From Acidobacteriota bacterium (GTDB lineage: Bacteria; Acidobacteriota; UBA6911; JACQSX01): a DNA stretch of 16,636 nucleotides. A program made the position numbers and the translations under genes. The notes under the pieces were generated by a model, which had not been told where the DNA came from, searched no databases, and was given only the letters and a program-made list of their open reading frames with translations. Positions 1 to 8,564 of this stretch are shown here, in pieces. Each line of letters opens with the position of its first letter. Within the stretch, counting starts at the first letter, position 1. The stretch lies in assembly GCA_036507075.1 (NCBI GenBank), contig DASXQR010000210.1, forward strand, positions 1-16,636. The letters run 5' to 3'.

Positions 1-1
1 T

Positions 2-895
2 CACGGAAAGCGAAATCGACCTTCGTCAACGACTCGCTACCGCAACGCGCTGGATCATGTGATTGAGTTTGTAGGCGCCGAAACCTCCCTGATGCACTTG
101 GCTGTTAAAGACCTGAACGACTTCCAGCTATTCCGAATCGCAGCGGCCAGCAAACGGACTATTGATTTCGAGATGGATGTCACCAGGTCATTCCTTAACT
201 GGTGCCGGCGAAGATCCTGGGTGCGAGAGAACTGCGCGGATGGCGAACACGTTCAAAGGCTGATGACTAAGAAGGCAAAAAAGGAATCTGAAAAGCGGAT
301 CTTCACCGACGATGAACTGAAGATCCTGCTCGCGCCAGCGGAAGGTTCATACTGGCAGCTCGGTTACATTTTTCAGACACTCTATTTTACGGGTCTGCGG
401 ATCGGCGAACTCGGACACCTTCAGGCCAAGGATATTGACTTGAAAAACCGCCAAATCCTGATTCGCGAAAAGACGATCAAGGTTCCAGTGCTCGACCATA
501 ACCGGACCTGCGTAACGCGGTCCGTTGATTGGCTACCGAAAAATGGGGAAGCCCGTGCTGTGCCGATCGAGCCTCGCCTGGAACCGATCCTGCGCGATTT
601 CCTTTCCCGCCGTGTTGAGAATGTCTGGGGCCTACTTTTCTTGAGTGAGCGGGGCGTGATGGTGACGGATCACTTGAGCCGGGTAATCAAGGGACTGGTT
701 GAAAAGCAAGACGTGGGCTGTCACACATTCCGACACACCCACATTTCGCATGCGCTGAACAGATGGGGCCGGCATCCGTCTGTAGTCCAGAAGTGGGCCG
801 GCCATGCCGACTTGAAGACCACGATGGCATACCTTCATGTCAGTGACGATGATCTTCAGCGGGAGAGCTTAAAAATGGGAGGAGCAAACACATGA
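2..895 (+). CDS. Tyrosine recombinase/phage-type integrase, 5'-truncated by the window edge
   Basis: Catalytic motifs TGLRIGEL (R), PKNG (K), HTFRHT (H-x-x-R), WAGH (H) and TTMAY (Y). The frame is open from base 2 (HGKRNRPSSTTRYRNALDHV...), so the real start lies upstream of the window. The stop is ~80 bp before a tRNA 3' fragment. Confidence 0.93.
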   Translation, partial: HGKRNRPSSTTRYRNALDHVIEFVGAETSLMHLAVKDLNDFQLFRIAAASKRTIDFEMDVTRSFLNWCRRRSWVRENCADGEHVQRLMTKKAKKESEKRIFTDDELKILLAPAEGSYWQLGYIFQTLYFTGLRIGELGHLQAKDIDLKNRQILIREKTIKVPVLDHNRTCVTRSVDWLPKNGEARAVPIEPRLEPILRDFLSRRVENVWGLLFLSERGVMVTDHLSRVIKGLVEKQDVGCHTFRHTHISHALNRWGRHPSVVQKWAGHADLKTTMAYLHVSDDDLQRESLKMGGANT

Positions 896-906
896 GATTG
901 GAAAGC

Positions 907-925
907 CGGTTGCAATTCGGTTGCA
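907..925 (+). promoter_or_regulatory. Tandem CGGTTGCA direct repeat (11-bp period), candidate integrase arm-type binding sites
   Basis: CGGTTGCA at 907-914 and 918-925, between the integrase stop and the att core. Tandem short repeats about one helical turn apart are typical of arm sites. Confidence 0.5.
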
Positions 926-975
926 CACAAAAAAGCATTACTCCAAGCCTTTTCTTTCGAGCCGTTTACAGGATC

Positions 976-1000
976 GGGTTCGAATCCCTCCCTCTCCGCA
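976..1000 (+). mobile_element. att site: duplicated 3' fragment of a tRNA-Ser gene, marking the right boundary of an integrated element
   Basis: GGGTTCGAATCCCTCCCTCTCCGCA contains the T-loop (TTCGAAT), the 3' T-stem strand, the acceptor 3' strand CCTCTCC and a G discriminator, as in tRNA-Ser. No D or anticodon arm lies upstream. Adjacent to an integrase. Confidence 0.85.
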
Positions 1001-1054
1001 TCCAAGTGGCAGGTTTGCAGGGACAAGAGTTACCGGTGGGAGTCGAATTGGAGG

Positions 1055-1180
1055 TTCTACATTTTTGGGAGTGGAGAGACGGCCTGAGAGCCGTCTCAGC
1101 GCCTATCTCAAAATGAAACGGCAGAGTTAAACCAAGCTGAGACGGCCCCCAGGCCGTCTCTCCACTTCCAAAATGTAGAA
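1055..1180. repeat. REPIN-like doublet: ~45-bp inverted arms, each with an internal palindrome, and a 35-nt loop
   Basis: TTCTACATTTTTGGGAGTGGAGAGACGGCCTGAGAGCCGTCTCAGC (1055-1100) pairs with 1136-1180 with a few mismatches. Each arm carries GTGG followed by GAGACGGC...GCCGTCTC. Confidence 0.8.
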
Positions 1181-1186
1181 AGTCCA

Positions 1187-1208
1187 CAGATGCGACATGT
1201 CGCGTCTG
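1187..1208. repeat. 22-bp near-perfect palindrome
   Basis: CAGATGCGACATGTCGCGTCTG, one mismatched pair (G-T). Function unknown. Confidence 0.5.
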
Positions 1209-1297
1209 CGCTCTGACGTGGCAAGCCAACCTCAATCGGGACCGTTTTTCATCTCCGGACGTAGAATTAAAGGACGAAGTCACGGTGGCCGGTCCCG

Positions 1298-2206
1298 ATG
1301 AGAAAAGGTGCCAGAAAATTTCTTTTCCTGTTCTGTCCCTCCCTGCTGGTCTGCTTTGCCCAATCCGTCTACCACGTCGATGTCACCATGGTGTTGCTGG
1401 AGGCGGTCGTGGTTCGATCGGATGGATCGCTGGTCAAAGGGTTGACTCGAGACAAATTCGAAGTCTTCGAAGACGGGAAGCCGCGGCCGCTGTTGTATTT
1501 TTCCGAATCGCCCGATCTTCCCGTCAGCCTTGGAATACTGATTGATGAAGGTTCCGGGATGGAAGATGCTGCTCTGCTCGAGGTGAAGCGGTTTCTCTTC
1601 AACTTTGTTCACCGTCTCAAACCTCACGATGAGATCCTGCTGGGCGCTTATGCCGGCGACGTGCGCTTTCTTACTGCGCTGACGTCGGACCGGCTGATGC
1701 TGACCAGGGCCCTTGATGAAATCTATACCGGCAAGCGCGGGAGTGTCTTCGAGAACGGACGCTGGAATTTCAGCGGCAACAGCAATACCGGATACGCGGT
1801 GGATTCTCTGATCAGGGAGATGCGCGCCGCGAAATATCCGAGAAGAGTCATTCTGGTATTTTCCTCGACCTTCAACAACACGGGCGAGGCCACCGAGGAA
1901 CACCTGCGGCGCGCCGACATGTTCCTCTACGCTGTCGCATTCCCCAATACCACGTCCAAGATCCTCTCGATTGGGGGCGATCTGAAGGCAAAAAGCAGAA
2001 TCCTTCAGAGCACGGCCGGAATGAACTTTGATTTTACGCAAGACCCCGAGTTTCCAGACAAGGTCGCAGGCGCCGTTCAGTATCAATACAGTCTTGGCTA
2101 TGCCTTTACGGGGGAGAAGGATATTTCCAGGAGAAGAATCGAAGTTCGAGTGACCGGTACAGACTATCAGGTTCGCTTCCGTCCCAAACTTGTCGAACGC
2201 CGCTGA
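1298..2206 (+). CDS. Secreted VWA-domain protein (acidobacterial VWFA-related type) with degenerate MIDAS
   Basis: N-terminal signal-like segment; V..LT..DKFEVFEDGK motif; PVSLGILID; C-terminal QYSLGY...RRIEVRV typical of this family. MIDAS positions read DEGSG and VFSS instead of DxSxS and TDG. Confidence 0.85.
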   Translation: MRKGARKFLFLFCPSLLVCFAQSVYHVDVTMVLLEAVVVRSDGSLVKGLTRDKFEVFEDGKPRPLLYFSESPDLPVSLGILIDEGSGMEDAALLEVKRFLFNFVHRLKPHDEILLGAYAGDVRFLTALTSDRLMLTRALDEIYTGKRGSVFENGRWNFSGNSNTGYAVDSLIREMRAAKYPRRVILVFSSTFNNTGEATEEHLRRADMFLYAVAFPNTTSKILSIGGDLKAKSRILQSTAGMNFDFTQDPEFPDKVAGAVQYQYSLGYAFTGEKDISRRRIEVRVTGTDYQVRFRPKLVERR

Positions 2207-2223
2207 ATTGAATTGGGCACCCG

Positions 2224-2253
2224 GGATTATTCAAAAATCTTTTTGAATAATCC
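2224..2253. repeat. Perfect 14-bp inverted repeat with a 2-nt centre; same motif as the termini of the 14815-15024 element
   Basis: GGATTATTCAAAAA-TC-TTTTTGAATAATCC followed by GCTAG, 17 bp after the VWA stop codon. Confidence 0.75.
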
Positions 2254-2303
2254 GCTAGGTTTGCGGAAATTCAGCCTGCACAATCAGTTTGACGGTAATT
2301 TTT

Positions 2304-2329
2304 TGAAACTTTCCGACGTTATATCGTAA
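2304..2329 (+). promoter_or_regulatory. Possible ECF sigma-factor promoter
   Basis: TGAAAC-N15-CGTAA upstream of the periplasmic protein/TBDR pair. Resembles the AAC/CGT class of ECF promoters (B. subtilis SigW-like TGAAAC-N16-CGTA) but the spacer is 1 nt shorter. Confidence 0.35.
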
Positions 2330-2380
2330 GAACAAAAGGTAAATGGGACTTTTTCAATGATTTGGAAACTGAAAGGATCA

Positions 2381-3706
2381 ATGAACAAAAGACAGTTTCA
2401 AAGATTTGGCGCATATTTTGCCGTGGCCGTACTGCTTATCGCGCCCGTCTCGGGGCAGCTTCCGGCAGGACAGACTGCCGATCCCAAGGCCCCCAGGCAA
2501 ACTTCGGCTGAAACGGGAATCACGCCTACCTACGCCCTTGGTGACGTTGCGTCGATAGATTCCACGGGCAGGATAATGACGCTGAGCACCAAGGTCGGTG
2601 AAATCAAGGTTCAAACAACCGACAAGACACAGTATCTAAGGGTTCCCCCGGGAGAAAAAACGCTGGAGAAGGCCGAAAACATCAAATTTGAAGATGTCGG
2701 CGTGGGAGATCGTGTCCTGGCCCGCGGAAAGGTTTCCGAAGATCAAAAGACAGTGCCGGCGCGCCAGGTAATCGTAATGACAAAAGCCGCGATTGCCCAG
2801 AAGCACGACCGGGATCGGGAGGAGTGGCAGCGCAGAGGGCTCAACGGTACCGTGTCAGCGCTCAATCCCGTCACTCGAGAAATCACCGTAACGACGCGCT
2901 CTCTGGAGGGACAGAAATCGGTGGTGGTGGCAACCGGAGAAAACGTTCAGTTCAGGCGTTACGCTCCGGATTCCGTGAAGTTCAGCGATGCCAGGCCAAG
3001 CGCATTCCAAGATTTGAAGGTCGGAGATCAGGTGCGCGCGCTGGGAGATAAAAACGCCGACGGAACAAGATTGCAGGCTGAAATGGTTGTGTCCGGATCT
3101 TTTGTGATGGCAGGAGGGCAGATCACAAGCGTAAATCCCGCCACCGGCGAGCTGACGATCAACAATATTCCCACCGGCAAGCCGCTCACGGTTGTGGTAA
3201 ACAAGGACACCGTTTTGCGGCGCTTTCCTGCTCAGCTTGCCGCCATGATTGCGATGCGGACCAACGCGGGAGAACCGGGTGGTTCCGGAATGTCGGACCG
3301 TTTTGGCGGCCGTGGTCAGCAGGGGCGACCGCGCCCGGCAGGCGACGCGACGGCGGGGCCCGGATCAGCCGATCGTCCGAGAGAAACGAGCGAAGCAACC
3401 GGCCGCGGACCCGGAGGAAGCGTCCCGCCCGGTGGTCAGCAAGGTGAACGACCGCGGATGATGGGCGGCGGTGGAGACATCCAGACAATCCTAGAGCGTT
3501 TGCCCGCCGTCTCGCTGGCGGATCTCAAGCCAGGCGAAATGATACTGGTTTCAAGCACGGTAGGAGCAAATCCGTCCAGGGTTACCGCGATTATCCTGGC
3601 TGCCGGAGTGGAAGCCCTTCTGATCCAGCCGGCTCAAAGCGCAATGCCCGGAGCCAGTCTGGGATTACCATCCGGTGTTCTCGATCTTGGAATTGGACTG
3701 CCTTAG
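2381..3706 (+). CDS. Exported protein with repeated OB-fold-like (DUF5666-like) modules and a Gly/Pro/Arg-rich disordered insert
   Basis: Signal peptide; repeated G.V..(I/L)(D/N)....(I/L)T...T....(D/E)(L/V).(V/P)G(D/E).V units. ATG at 2381 has an AAGGA SD; the ORF track starts at 2357. Confidence 0.7.
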   Translation: MNKRQFQRFGAYFAVAVLLIAPVSGQLPAGQTADPKAPRQTSAETGITPTYALGDVASIDSTGRIMTLSTKVGEIKVQTTDKTQYLRVPPGEKTLEKAENIKFEDVGVGDRVLARGKVSEDQKTVPARQVIVMTKAAIAQKHDRDREEWQRRGLNGTVSALNPVTREITVTTRSLEGQKSVVVATGENVQFRRYAPDSVKFSDARPSAFQDLKVGDQVRALGDKNADGTRLQAEMVVSGSFVMAGGQITSVNPATGELTINNIPTGKPLTVVVNKDTVLRRFPAQLAAMIAMRTNAGEPGGSGMSDRFGGRGQQGRPRPAGDATAGPGSADRPRETSEATGRGPGGSVPPGGQQGERPRMMGGGGDIQTILERLPAVSLADLKPGEMILVSSTVGANPSRVTAIILAAGVEALLIQPAQSAMPGASLGLPSGVLDLGIGLP

Positions 3707-3748
3707 GCGCAATGAGTTTTAAGAGTTGATTGATAACGGAGAGTGTTC

Positions 3749-6700
3749 ATGCGGTCTTTACTTCAATTGAAAAAGAAGCGAGGAGTTGGTGTCGCCCTGA
3801 TCCTGATGGTCTTGATGGTCAGCGCCGTTTATGCCCAGAGTTTGGGTGTACTTCGAGGGAAGATCATGGACGAGCGCGGAGGTGTAATCATTGGGGCGCG
3901 GGTCACCCTGACGGATGACAAAGGGGTTGAGCGGGTCACGACGACCAACAACGAAGGTGGCTACGCCTTCAACAACCTGCAACCCGGCGTTTACACGCTG
4001 CGTGCCGAAGCGCGCGGGTTTGGACTATATGAGAACCTGGCGCAAATTACAGCCGAACGGAAAGAGATGCTGCTCGATGTCAAGCTGACCGTAGCTGCCG
4101 AAAAGCAACAGATCACCGTTACCTCGGAGGCCACGTCCCTTAGTGTCAGCGCCGAGAACAATGCCGGAGCGCTGATCCTGAAGGAGAAGGATCTGGATGC
4201 GCTGCCCGACGACCCGGATGATCTCGCCGACGCGCTGCAGGCGCTGGCCGGACCTTCAGCCGGACCCAACGGCGGGCAGTTTTACATTGACGGCTTCACC
4301 GGTGGACGACTTCCCCCCAAGTCCTCCATTCGCGAGATTCGCATCAACTCGAATCCTTTTTCCGCTGAATTCGACCGGCTGGGCTTTGGCCGCATCGAGA
4401 TTCTTACCAAACCCGGCACGGACAAGTTCCGGGGCCAGGCGCATTTCACTTTCAACGACGAGAGCTTGAATTCGCGCCACCCCTACGCCCCGACCCGCGC
4501 ACCCTTCCAGGCGCGTGTGTACGGGGGCAATATCAGCGGCCCTATTTCCAAGAAGAAGGCATCGTTCTTTATCGATTTTGAGCGGCGGGAGTACGACGAG
4601 AACGCCATCATCAACGCGCGGATTCTCGACCCTTCCTTGAATATCACTCCCTTCAGTACCACGCTCGTTACGCCGCAGCGGCGGATCGAAGTTTCGCCGC
4701 GGCTCGAGTACCAGATCAATGACAACAACACGCTCATAGTGCGCTACGGAATCGAGTATTCCGAAGACAAGAACAACGGAGTGGGAGAATTTTCATTGGC
4801 TTCCCGGGCCTATAATTCTTCACGCATGGAAGAGGATTTCAGCATCACGGAAACGGCCATCCTCAGCCCGCGCGTGATCAATGAGACCCGCTTCCGGCTC
4901 GAACACAATACCCGCGACATACGCGGCGACAATACCTTCCCGACCATCAGCGTTCTGGAGGCATTTACAGGAGGCGGCTCCCAGGTTGGACTTTCATCCA
5001 ATACTCGCGATCAGTGGGAGCTTCATAACGGCACCTCCTGGGCCCTCGGCAAGCATGCGCTGAAAGCCGGCGTTCGGCTGCGCGGAGTCCAGATTTCAGA
5101 CGAATCACGCTCCAATTTCGGCGGCGCCTTCACCTTTGCCGGCGGTTTTGGACCTCAGTTGAATGCGGCCAACCAGGTGGTGTTGGATCCGGCGACCGGG
5201 ACGCCGGTTCTGGCTCCACTTACCAGCCTGGAGCGCTACCGGCGCACGCTGCTGTTCCAGGGACTGGGGCTTAGCCCGCAGGAAATCCGCAACCTGGGCG
5301 GGGGTGCGACTCAGTTCACCATTGCGGGCGGCGATCCGTTCGCCAGAGTGAAACAGGTCGAGTTCGGAGCTTATGCTAACGATGATGTTCGACTCAGGCC
5401 GGATCTTGTCCTTTCGCTGGGCCTGCGTTATGAAACCCAGACGCACCTTGATGACAAGCTCGATTTCGCTCCTCGAATTTCATTCGCATGGTCCCCGGGC
5501 TTGAAGCCGAGGCAGCGCGCCAAAACGGTAGTGCGCGGAGGCTTTGGAATATTCTACGAGCGTTTTGGCGAAAGCAACGTGTTGAGCGTGGATCGCTTTA
5601 ACGGGGTAAAGCAGCAGCAGTTTATCGTTATCAACCCGGACTTCTTCCCGCTGGTGCCTTCTGTGGAAACACTCACCGCGGCTGCACGTCCGCAGTCGGT
5701 GCGAAAACTGGCTCCGTCTCTTCAGGCGCCTTATTCGATGCAGGCGGCTATCAGCGTCGAACGCCAGTTGCCGAAGAACTTCGTCGTTACCACAAGCTAC
5801 GTGAACACCCGGCGGCTGCATGATATCCGGTTGCGCAACATCAACGCGCCGATCCCGGGATCCGGAGGCGTCCGGCCGCTCGGGAATATCGGCAACATTT
5901 TTGAATATGAGACCGACGGGATCATGAACCAAAACCAACTGATCGTGGGCGTGAGCAATCGATTCAGCCGAAACCTGACCCTGTTCGGAAATTACGCTCT
6001 GGGTAAGATCAACAGCAATGCCGAGGCCGGTTCAGGCTCACCCAATGACCCGTACGACTTCTCCCACGAGTACGGTCGCGCCGGCTTCGACGTCAGGCAC
6101 CGTGTGATGGTTGGCGGATCGATCCTGGCCCCCTGGGGCTTGAGACTGAATCCATTTGTAATCGCCACTTCGGGCCGCCCCTTCAACATTACCACCGGGC
6201 GCGACACCAATTTCGACACGTTGTTTACCGAGCGGCCGGCGTTTGCCCGCGATCTGAACAAGCCGGGCGTAATCGTTACCCGCTTTGGCGCTTTCGATCC
6301 AAATCCGGGACCGAACGACACTATCATTCCGCGCAATTTCGGAGAGGGTCCGTCATTTCTGATGACCAGCTTGCGCATCAGCAAAACCATTGGGTTCGGC
6401 AGGCTGCCGGAAGCGGGCGGCTCCGAACAGGCGCAGGGCGGCACGCCCCCGGGAATGTGGGCGGCTGCCGGAGGACCGCGCGGTGGCAGTGATGGCGGCG
6501 GCGGACCCCGCACCGGTGGTGACGGCGGCGGTTCCCGCGGGGGCGGACCCCGCGGCGGCGGTGGCCCCGTGGGTGGCGGAGGAACGCACGGCCGTGGAGA
6601 TTTTGGCGGGGGTTTTGGCGGCGGGGGCATATCCGACAAGCGCTACAACCTGACGTTTTCGGTGAATGTCTCGAATTTGCTGAATCACACAAATCAAGGA

Positions 6701-6844
6701 ATGTTCATCGGGAACCTGACGTCGCCTTTGTTTGGAGCGTCCAACACCTCGGTGGCCGGGTTTGGCTTCCGCGGACCCGGAGGGGGCGGCTTCTCATCGG
6801 CAGGGAACCGAAGGGTAGAGCTCCAACTCCGGTTGAGCTTCTGA
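3749..6844 (+). CDS. TonB-dependent receptor-like outer-membrane protein (Oar type) with an N-terminal carboxypeptidase regulatory-like domain
   Basis: Signal peptide; LRGKIMDERGGVIIGARVTL...LQPGVYTLRAEARGF; plug-like NPFSAEFDRLGFGRIEILTKPGT; LSLGLRYE, FAPRISFAWSP, VVRGGFGIFY; C-terminal RRVELQLRLSF with terminal Phe. ATG at 3749 follows GGAGAG. Confidence 0.9.
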   Translation: MRSLLQLKKKRGVGVALILMVLMVSAVYAQSLGVLRGKIMDERGGVIIGARVTLTDDKGVERVTTTNNEGGYAFNNLQPGVYTLRAEARGFGLYENLAQITAERKEMLLDVKLTVAAEKQQITVTSEATSLSVSAENNAGALILKEKDLDALPDDPDDLADALQALAGPSAGPNGGQFYIDGFTGGRLPPKSSIREIRINSNPFSAEFDRLGFGRIEILTKPGTDKFRGQAHFTFNDESLNSRHPYAPTRAPFQARVYGGNISGPISKKKASFFIDFERREYDENAIINARILDPSLNITPFSTTLVTPQRRIEVSPRLEYQINDNNTLIVRYGIEYSEDKNNGVGEFSLASRAYNSSRMEEDFSITETAILSPRVINETRFRLEHNTRDIRGDNTFPTISVLEAFTGGGSQVGLSSNTRDQWELHNGTSWALGKHALKAGVRLRGVQISDESRSNFGGAFTFAGGFGPQLNAANQVVLDPATGTPVLAPLTSLERYRRTLLFQGLGLSPQEIRNLGGGATQFTIAGGDPFARVKQVEFGAYANDDVRLRPDLVLSLGLRYETQTHLDDKLDFAPRISFAWSPGLKPRQRAKTVVRGGFGIFYERFGESNVLSVDRFNGVKQQQFIVINPDFFPLVPSVETLTAAARPQSVRKLAPSLQAPYSMQAAISVERQLPKNFVVTTSYVNTRRLHDIRLRNINAPIPGSGGVRPLGNIGNIFEYETDGIMNQNQLIVGVSNRFSRNLTLFGNYALGKINSNAEAGSGSPNDPYDFSHEYGRAGFDVRHRVMVGGSILAPWGLRLNPFVIATSGRPFNITTGRDTNFDTLFTERPAFARDLNKPGVIVTRFGAFDPNPGPNDTIIPRNFGEGPSFLMTSLRISKTIGFGRLPEAGGSEQAQGGTPPGMWAAAGGPRGGSDGGGGPRTGGDGGGSRGGGPRGGGGPVGGGGTHGRGDFGGGFGGGGISDKRYNLTFSVNVSNLLNHTNQGMFIGNLTSPLFGASNTSVAGFGFRGPGGGGFSSAGNRRVELQLRLSF

Positions 6845-6855
6845 AAGAATTTTTT

Positions 6856-7005
6856 AACCACAAAGACACAAAGGGCACAAAGGAAGACGTGGGGCAGGCA
6901 GAGGCCGGTCAGTGTCCAAAAGTGAAAGCGGTCGAGAGCTTTTCAAGCTGACCGGCCTCTGCCTTCCCCACGTCTTCCCTTGGTGTCCTTCGTGTCTTTG
7001 TGGTT
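6856..7005. repeat. 150-bp hairpin element: 8/9-nt tandem-repeat outer arms, 31-bp inner arms, 35-nt loop
   Basis: AACCACAAAG-ACACAAAG-GGCACAAAG ... CTTGGTGTC-CTTCGTGT-CTTTGTGGTT. Inner arms 6882-6912 and 6948-6978 match at 30/31. Confidence 0.9.
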
Positions 7006-7048
7006 CATACAATCTTAGTCCCATTTGCCTGTCCGCGTAATCTCAATC

Positions 7049-7075
7049 CTTTCGCGCTTTCGCGTCTTCGCGGTT
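7049..7075 (-). repeat. Orphan arm of the 8/9-nt repeat family
   Basis: Reverse complement reads AACCGCGAAG-ACGCGAAA-GCGCGAAAG. No intact partner arm. Confidence 0.6.
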
Positions 7076-7127
7076 CCGGCTTTTTCCCCGGCGATGCGTT
7101 ACGCGGCCGTGGTAACTTGTGCTGCGT

Positions 7128-8564
7128 ATGGAATCCCGTCAGATACGAGTGCGATTTGCTCCCAGCCCCACTGGTTATTTGCACGTAGGGGGCGCGCGAA
7201 CAGCGCTGTTCAACTGGCTGTTTGCGCGCAACAAGGGCGGCTTGTTCGTGCTGCGTATCGAAGACACAGATCTGGAGCGATCTTCCGGAGAAATGACCCG
7301 GGTCATTCTGGATTCCCTGCAGTGGCTTGGAATCGATTGGGATGAGGGCCCGTATTATCAGGCCCAGCGATCGCGGTTGCATGCTGAAAATGCGCAGCGA
7401 CTGCTGGAGCAAGGAAAGGCCTATCGTTGTTTTTGTTCTCCAGAGGAGCTGGAAAGAAAGCGACAGACCGCCGCCGAGAAAAAGCAGGCTTGGATCTACG
7501 ATCGCGCCTGCCTGCAATTGGATCAGAAACAGGCGGATGCCAGAGCGCGCGAAGGAATCGCCTCTGTGATTCGGTTTCGAGTGCCCGACAGCGGCGAAAC
7601 CGCCTTCGAAGACATCATTCAGGGCCCGATCCGATTCGAAAATCGGCTGATAGAAGATTTTGTCCTGACGCGCTCCGATGGAATGCCGACTTACCATCTT
7701 TCCGTGGTATCCGACGACATCGAGATGCAAATCACCCACATCATCCGGGGCGCGGATCATATTTCAAATACGCCAAAGCAGGTATTGCTTTACCAGGCGC
7801 TGGGACATCCGGTACCCAGGCTGGGACACCTGCCGCTGATCCTTGGTTCCGATAAGAAGCGACTGAGCAAGCGCCATGGCGCAACATCGGTGGAGATTTA
7901 TCGCGAGCAGGGAATTCTTCCTGAAGCAATGGCGAATTATCTGGCGTTGCTGGGCTGGTCCCCCGGCAGCGGCCAGGAGGTGTTCAGCATTGAAGAGATG
8001 GTGGAGCGCTTCGACCTGTCGCGCATCAACAAGGCCAATGCCGTGTTTGATCCGGCCAAACTCGAGTGGATCAATGCGCAGCACATTCAGAGAATGGAAC
8101 TCGGTGTAATGGCAGCCCGAGTACGCTCCTGGCTGGCCAAAGAAGGAATGCTGGCTGACAGTTTTGCCGTTGATGAAAAGACGATGCAAAGCGCTGTCAA
8201 TCTTCTGCGGTCCCGATGCAAGACATTGAAGGACTTCACCACCTGGGGCCGCGCGTTTTTTGTCGAACAGTTTGAGATTGATCCTGCGGGGCGCGAAAAG
8301 TATCTCAGCAATCCGGCTGCCGCAGCGGCTCTTGCGGATTTGGCCTCTCAATATCAGTCGTTGGAGGAGTTCTCCCTGGAATCGACAGAGAGAGTTTTGC
8401 GCGGGATCGCCGCGGAAAGGGGGTTGAAAGCGGGAGATCTTATTGGCGCTGCCCGAGTGGCCGTGACCGGCAACCCCGTGGCGCCCGGCTTGTTTGAAGT
8501 ACTGCTGTATCTCGGGCGGGAGAGAACGGTGATGCGTCTCAAGAAGGCAGCGGGGAAAGCGTGA
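7128..8564 (+). CDS. gltX: Glutamate--tRNA ligase
   Basis: RVRFAPSPTGYLHVGGARTALFNWL (HIGH), LRIEDTD, CFC...YDRAC Zn-site motif, THIIRGADHISNTPKQ, RLSKRHGA (KMSKS). Full length with an anticodon-binding domain. Confidence 0.97.
   Translation: MESRQIRVRFAPSPTGYLHVGGARTALFNWLFARNKGGLFVLRIEDTDLERSSGEMTRVILDSLQWLGIDWDEGPYYQAQRSRLHAENAQRLLEQGKAYRCFCSPEELERKRQTAAEKKQAWIYDRACLQLDQKQADARAREGIASVIRFRVPDSGETAFEDIIQGPIRFENRLIEDFVLTRSDGMPTYHLSVVSDDIEMQITHIIRGADHISNTPKQVLLYQALGHPVPRLGHLPLILGSDKKRLSKRHGATSVEIYREQGILPEAMANYLALLGWSPGSGQEVFSIEEMVERFDLSRINKANAVFDPAKLEWINAQHIQRMELGVMAARVRSWLAKEGMLADSFAVDEKTMQSAVNLLRSRCKTLKDFTTWGRAFFVEQFEIDPAGREKYLSNPAAAAALADLASQYQSLEEFSLESTERVLRGIAAERGLKAGDLIGAARVAVTGNPVAPGLFEVLLYLGRERTVMRLKKAAGKA

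Noticed and set aside
910..1003. Complete tRNA gene
   Set aside because: Only the T-loop and acceptor 3' strand are present. No 5' acceptor strand (GGAGAGG), D arm or anticodon arm lies upstream.
892..1283. Short ORFs 892-1116, 921-1130 and 966-1283
   Set aside because: They run through the att site and the REP-like hairpin and show no recognisable protein features.
1101..6947. Sequence similarity between loops 1101-1135 and 6913-6947 (CAAAA.TGAAA.CGG..AGAG.TT)
   Set aside because: The alignment needs about five single-base gaps in ~25 nt and is not distinguishable from chance by eye.
6850..7010. Integron attC sites (AAC...GTT ends, located after stop codons, integrase nearby)
   Set aside because: Only this copy has both AAC and GTT ends and neither fits RYYYAAC/GTTRRRY fully. 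Flanking genes include housekeeping gltX. The integrase is phage-type and tied to a tRNA att site.
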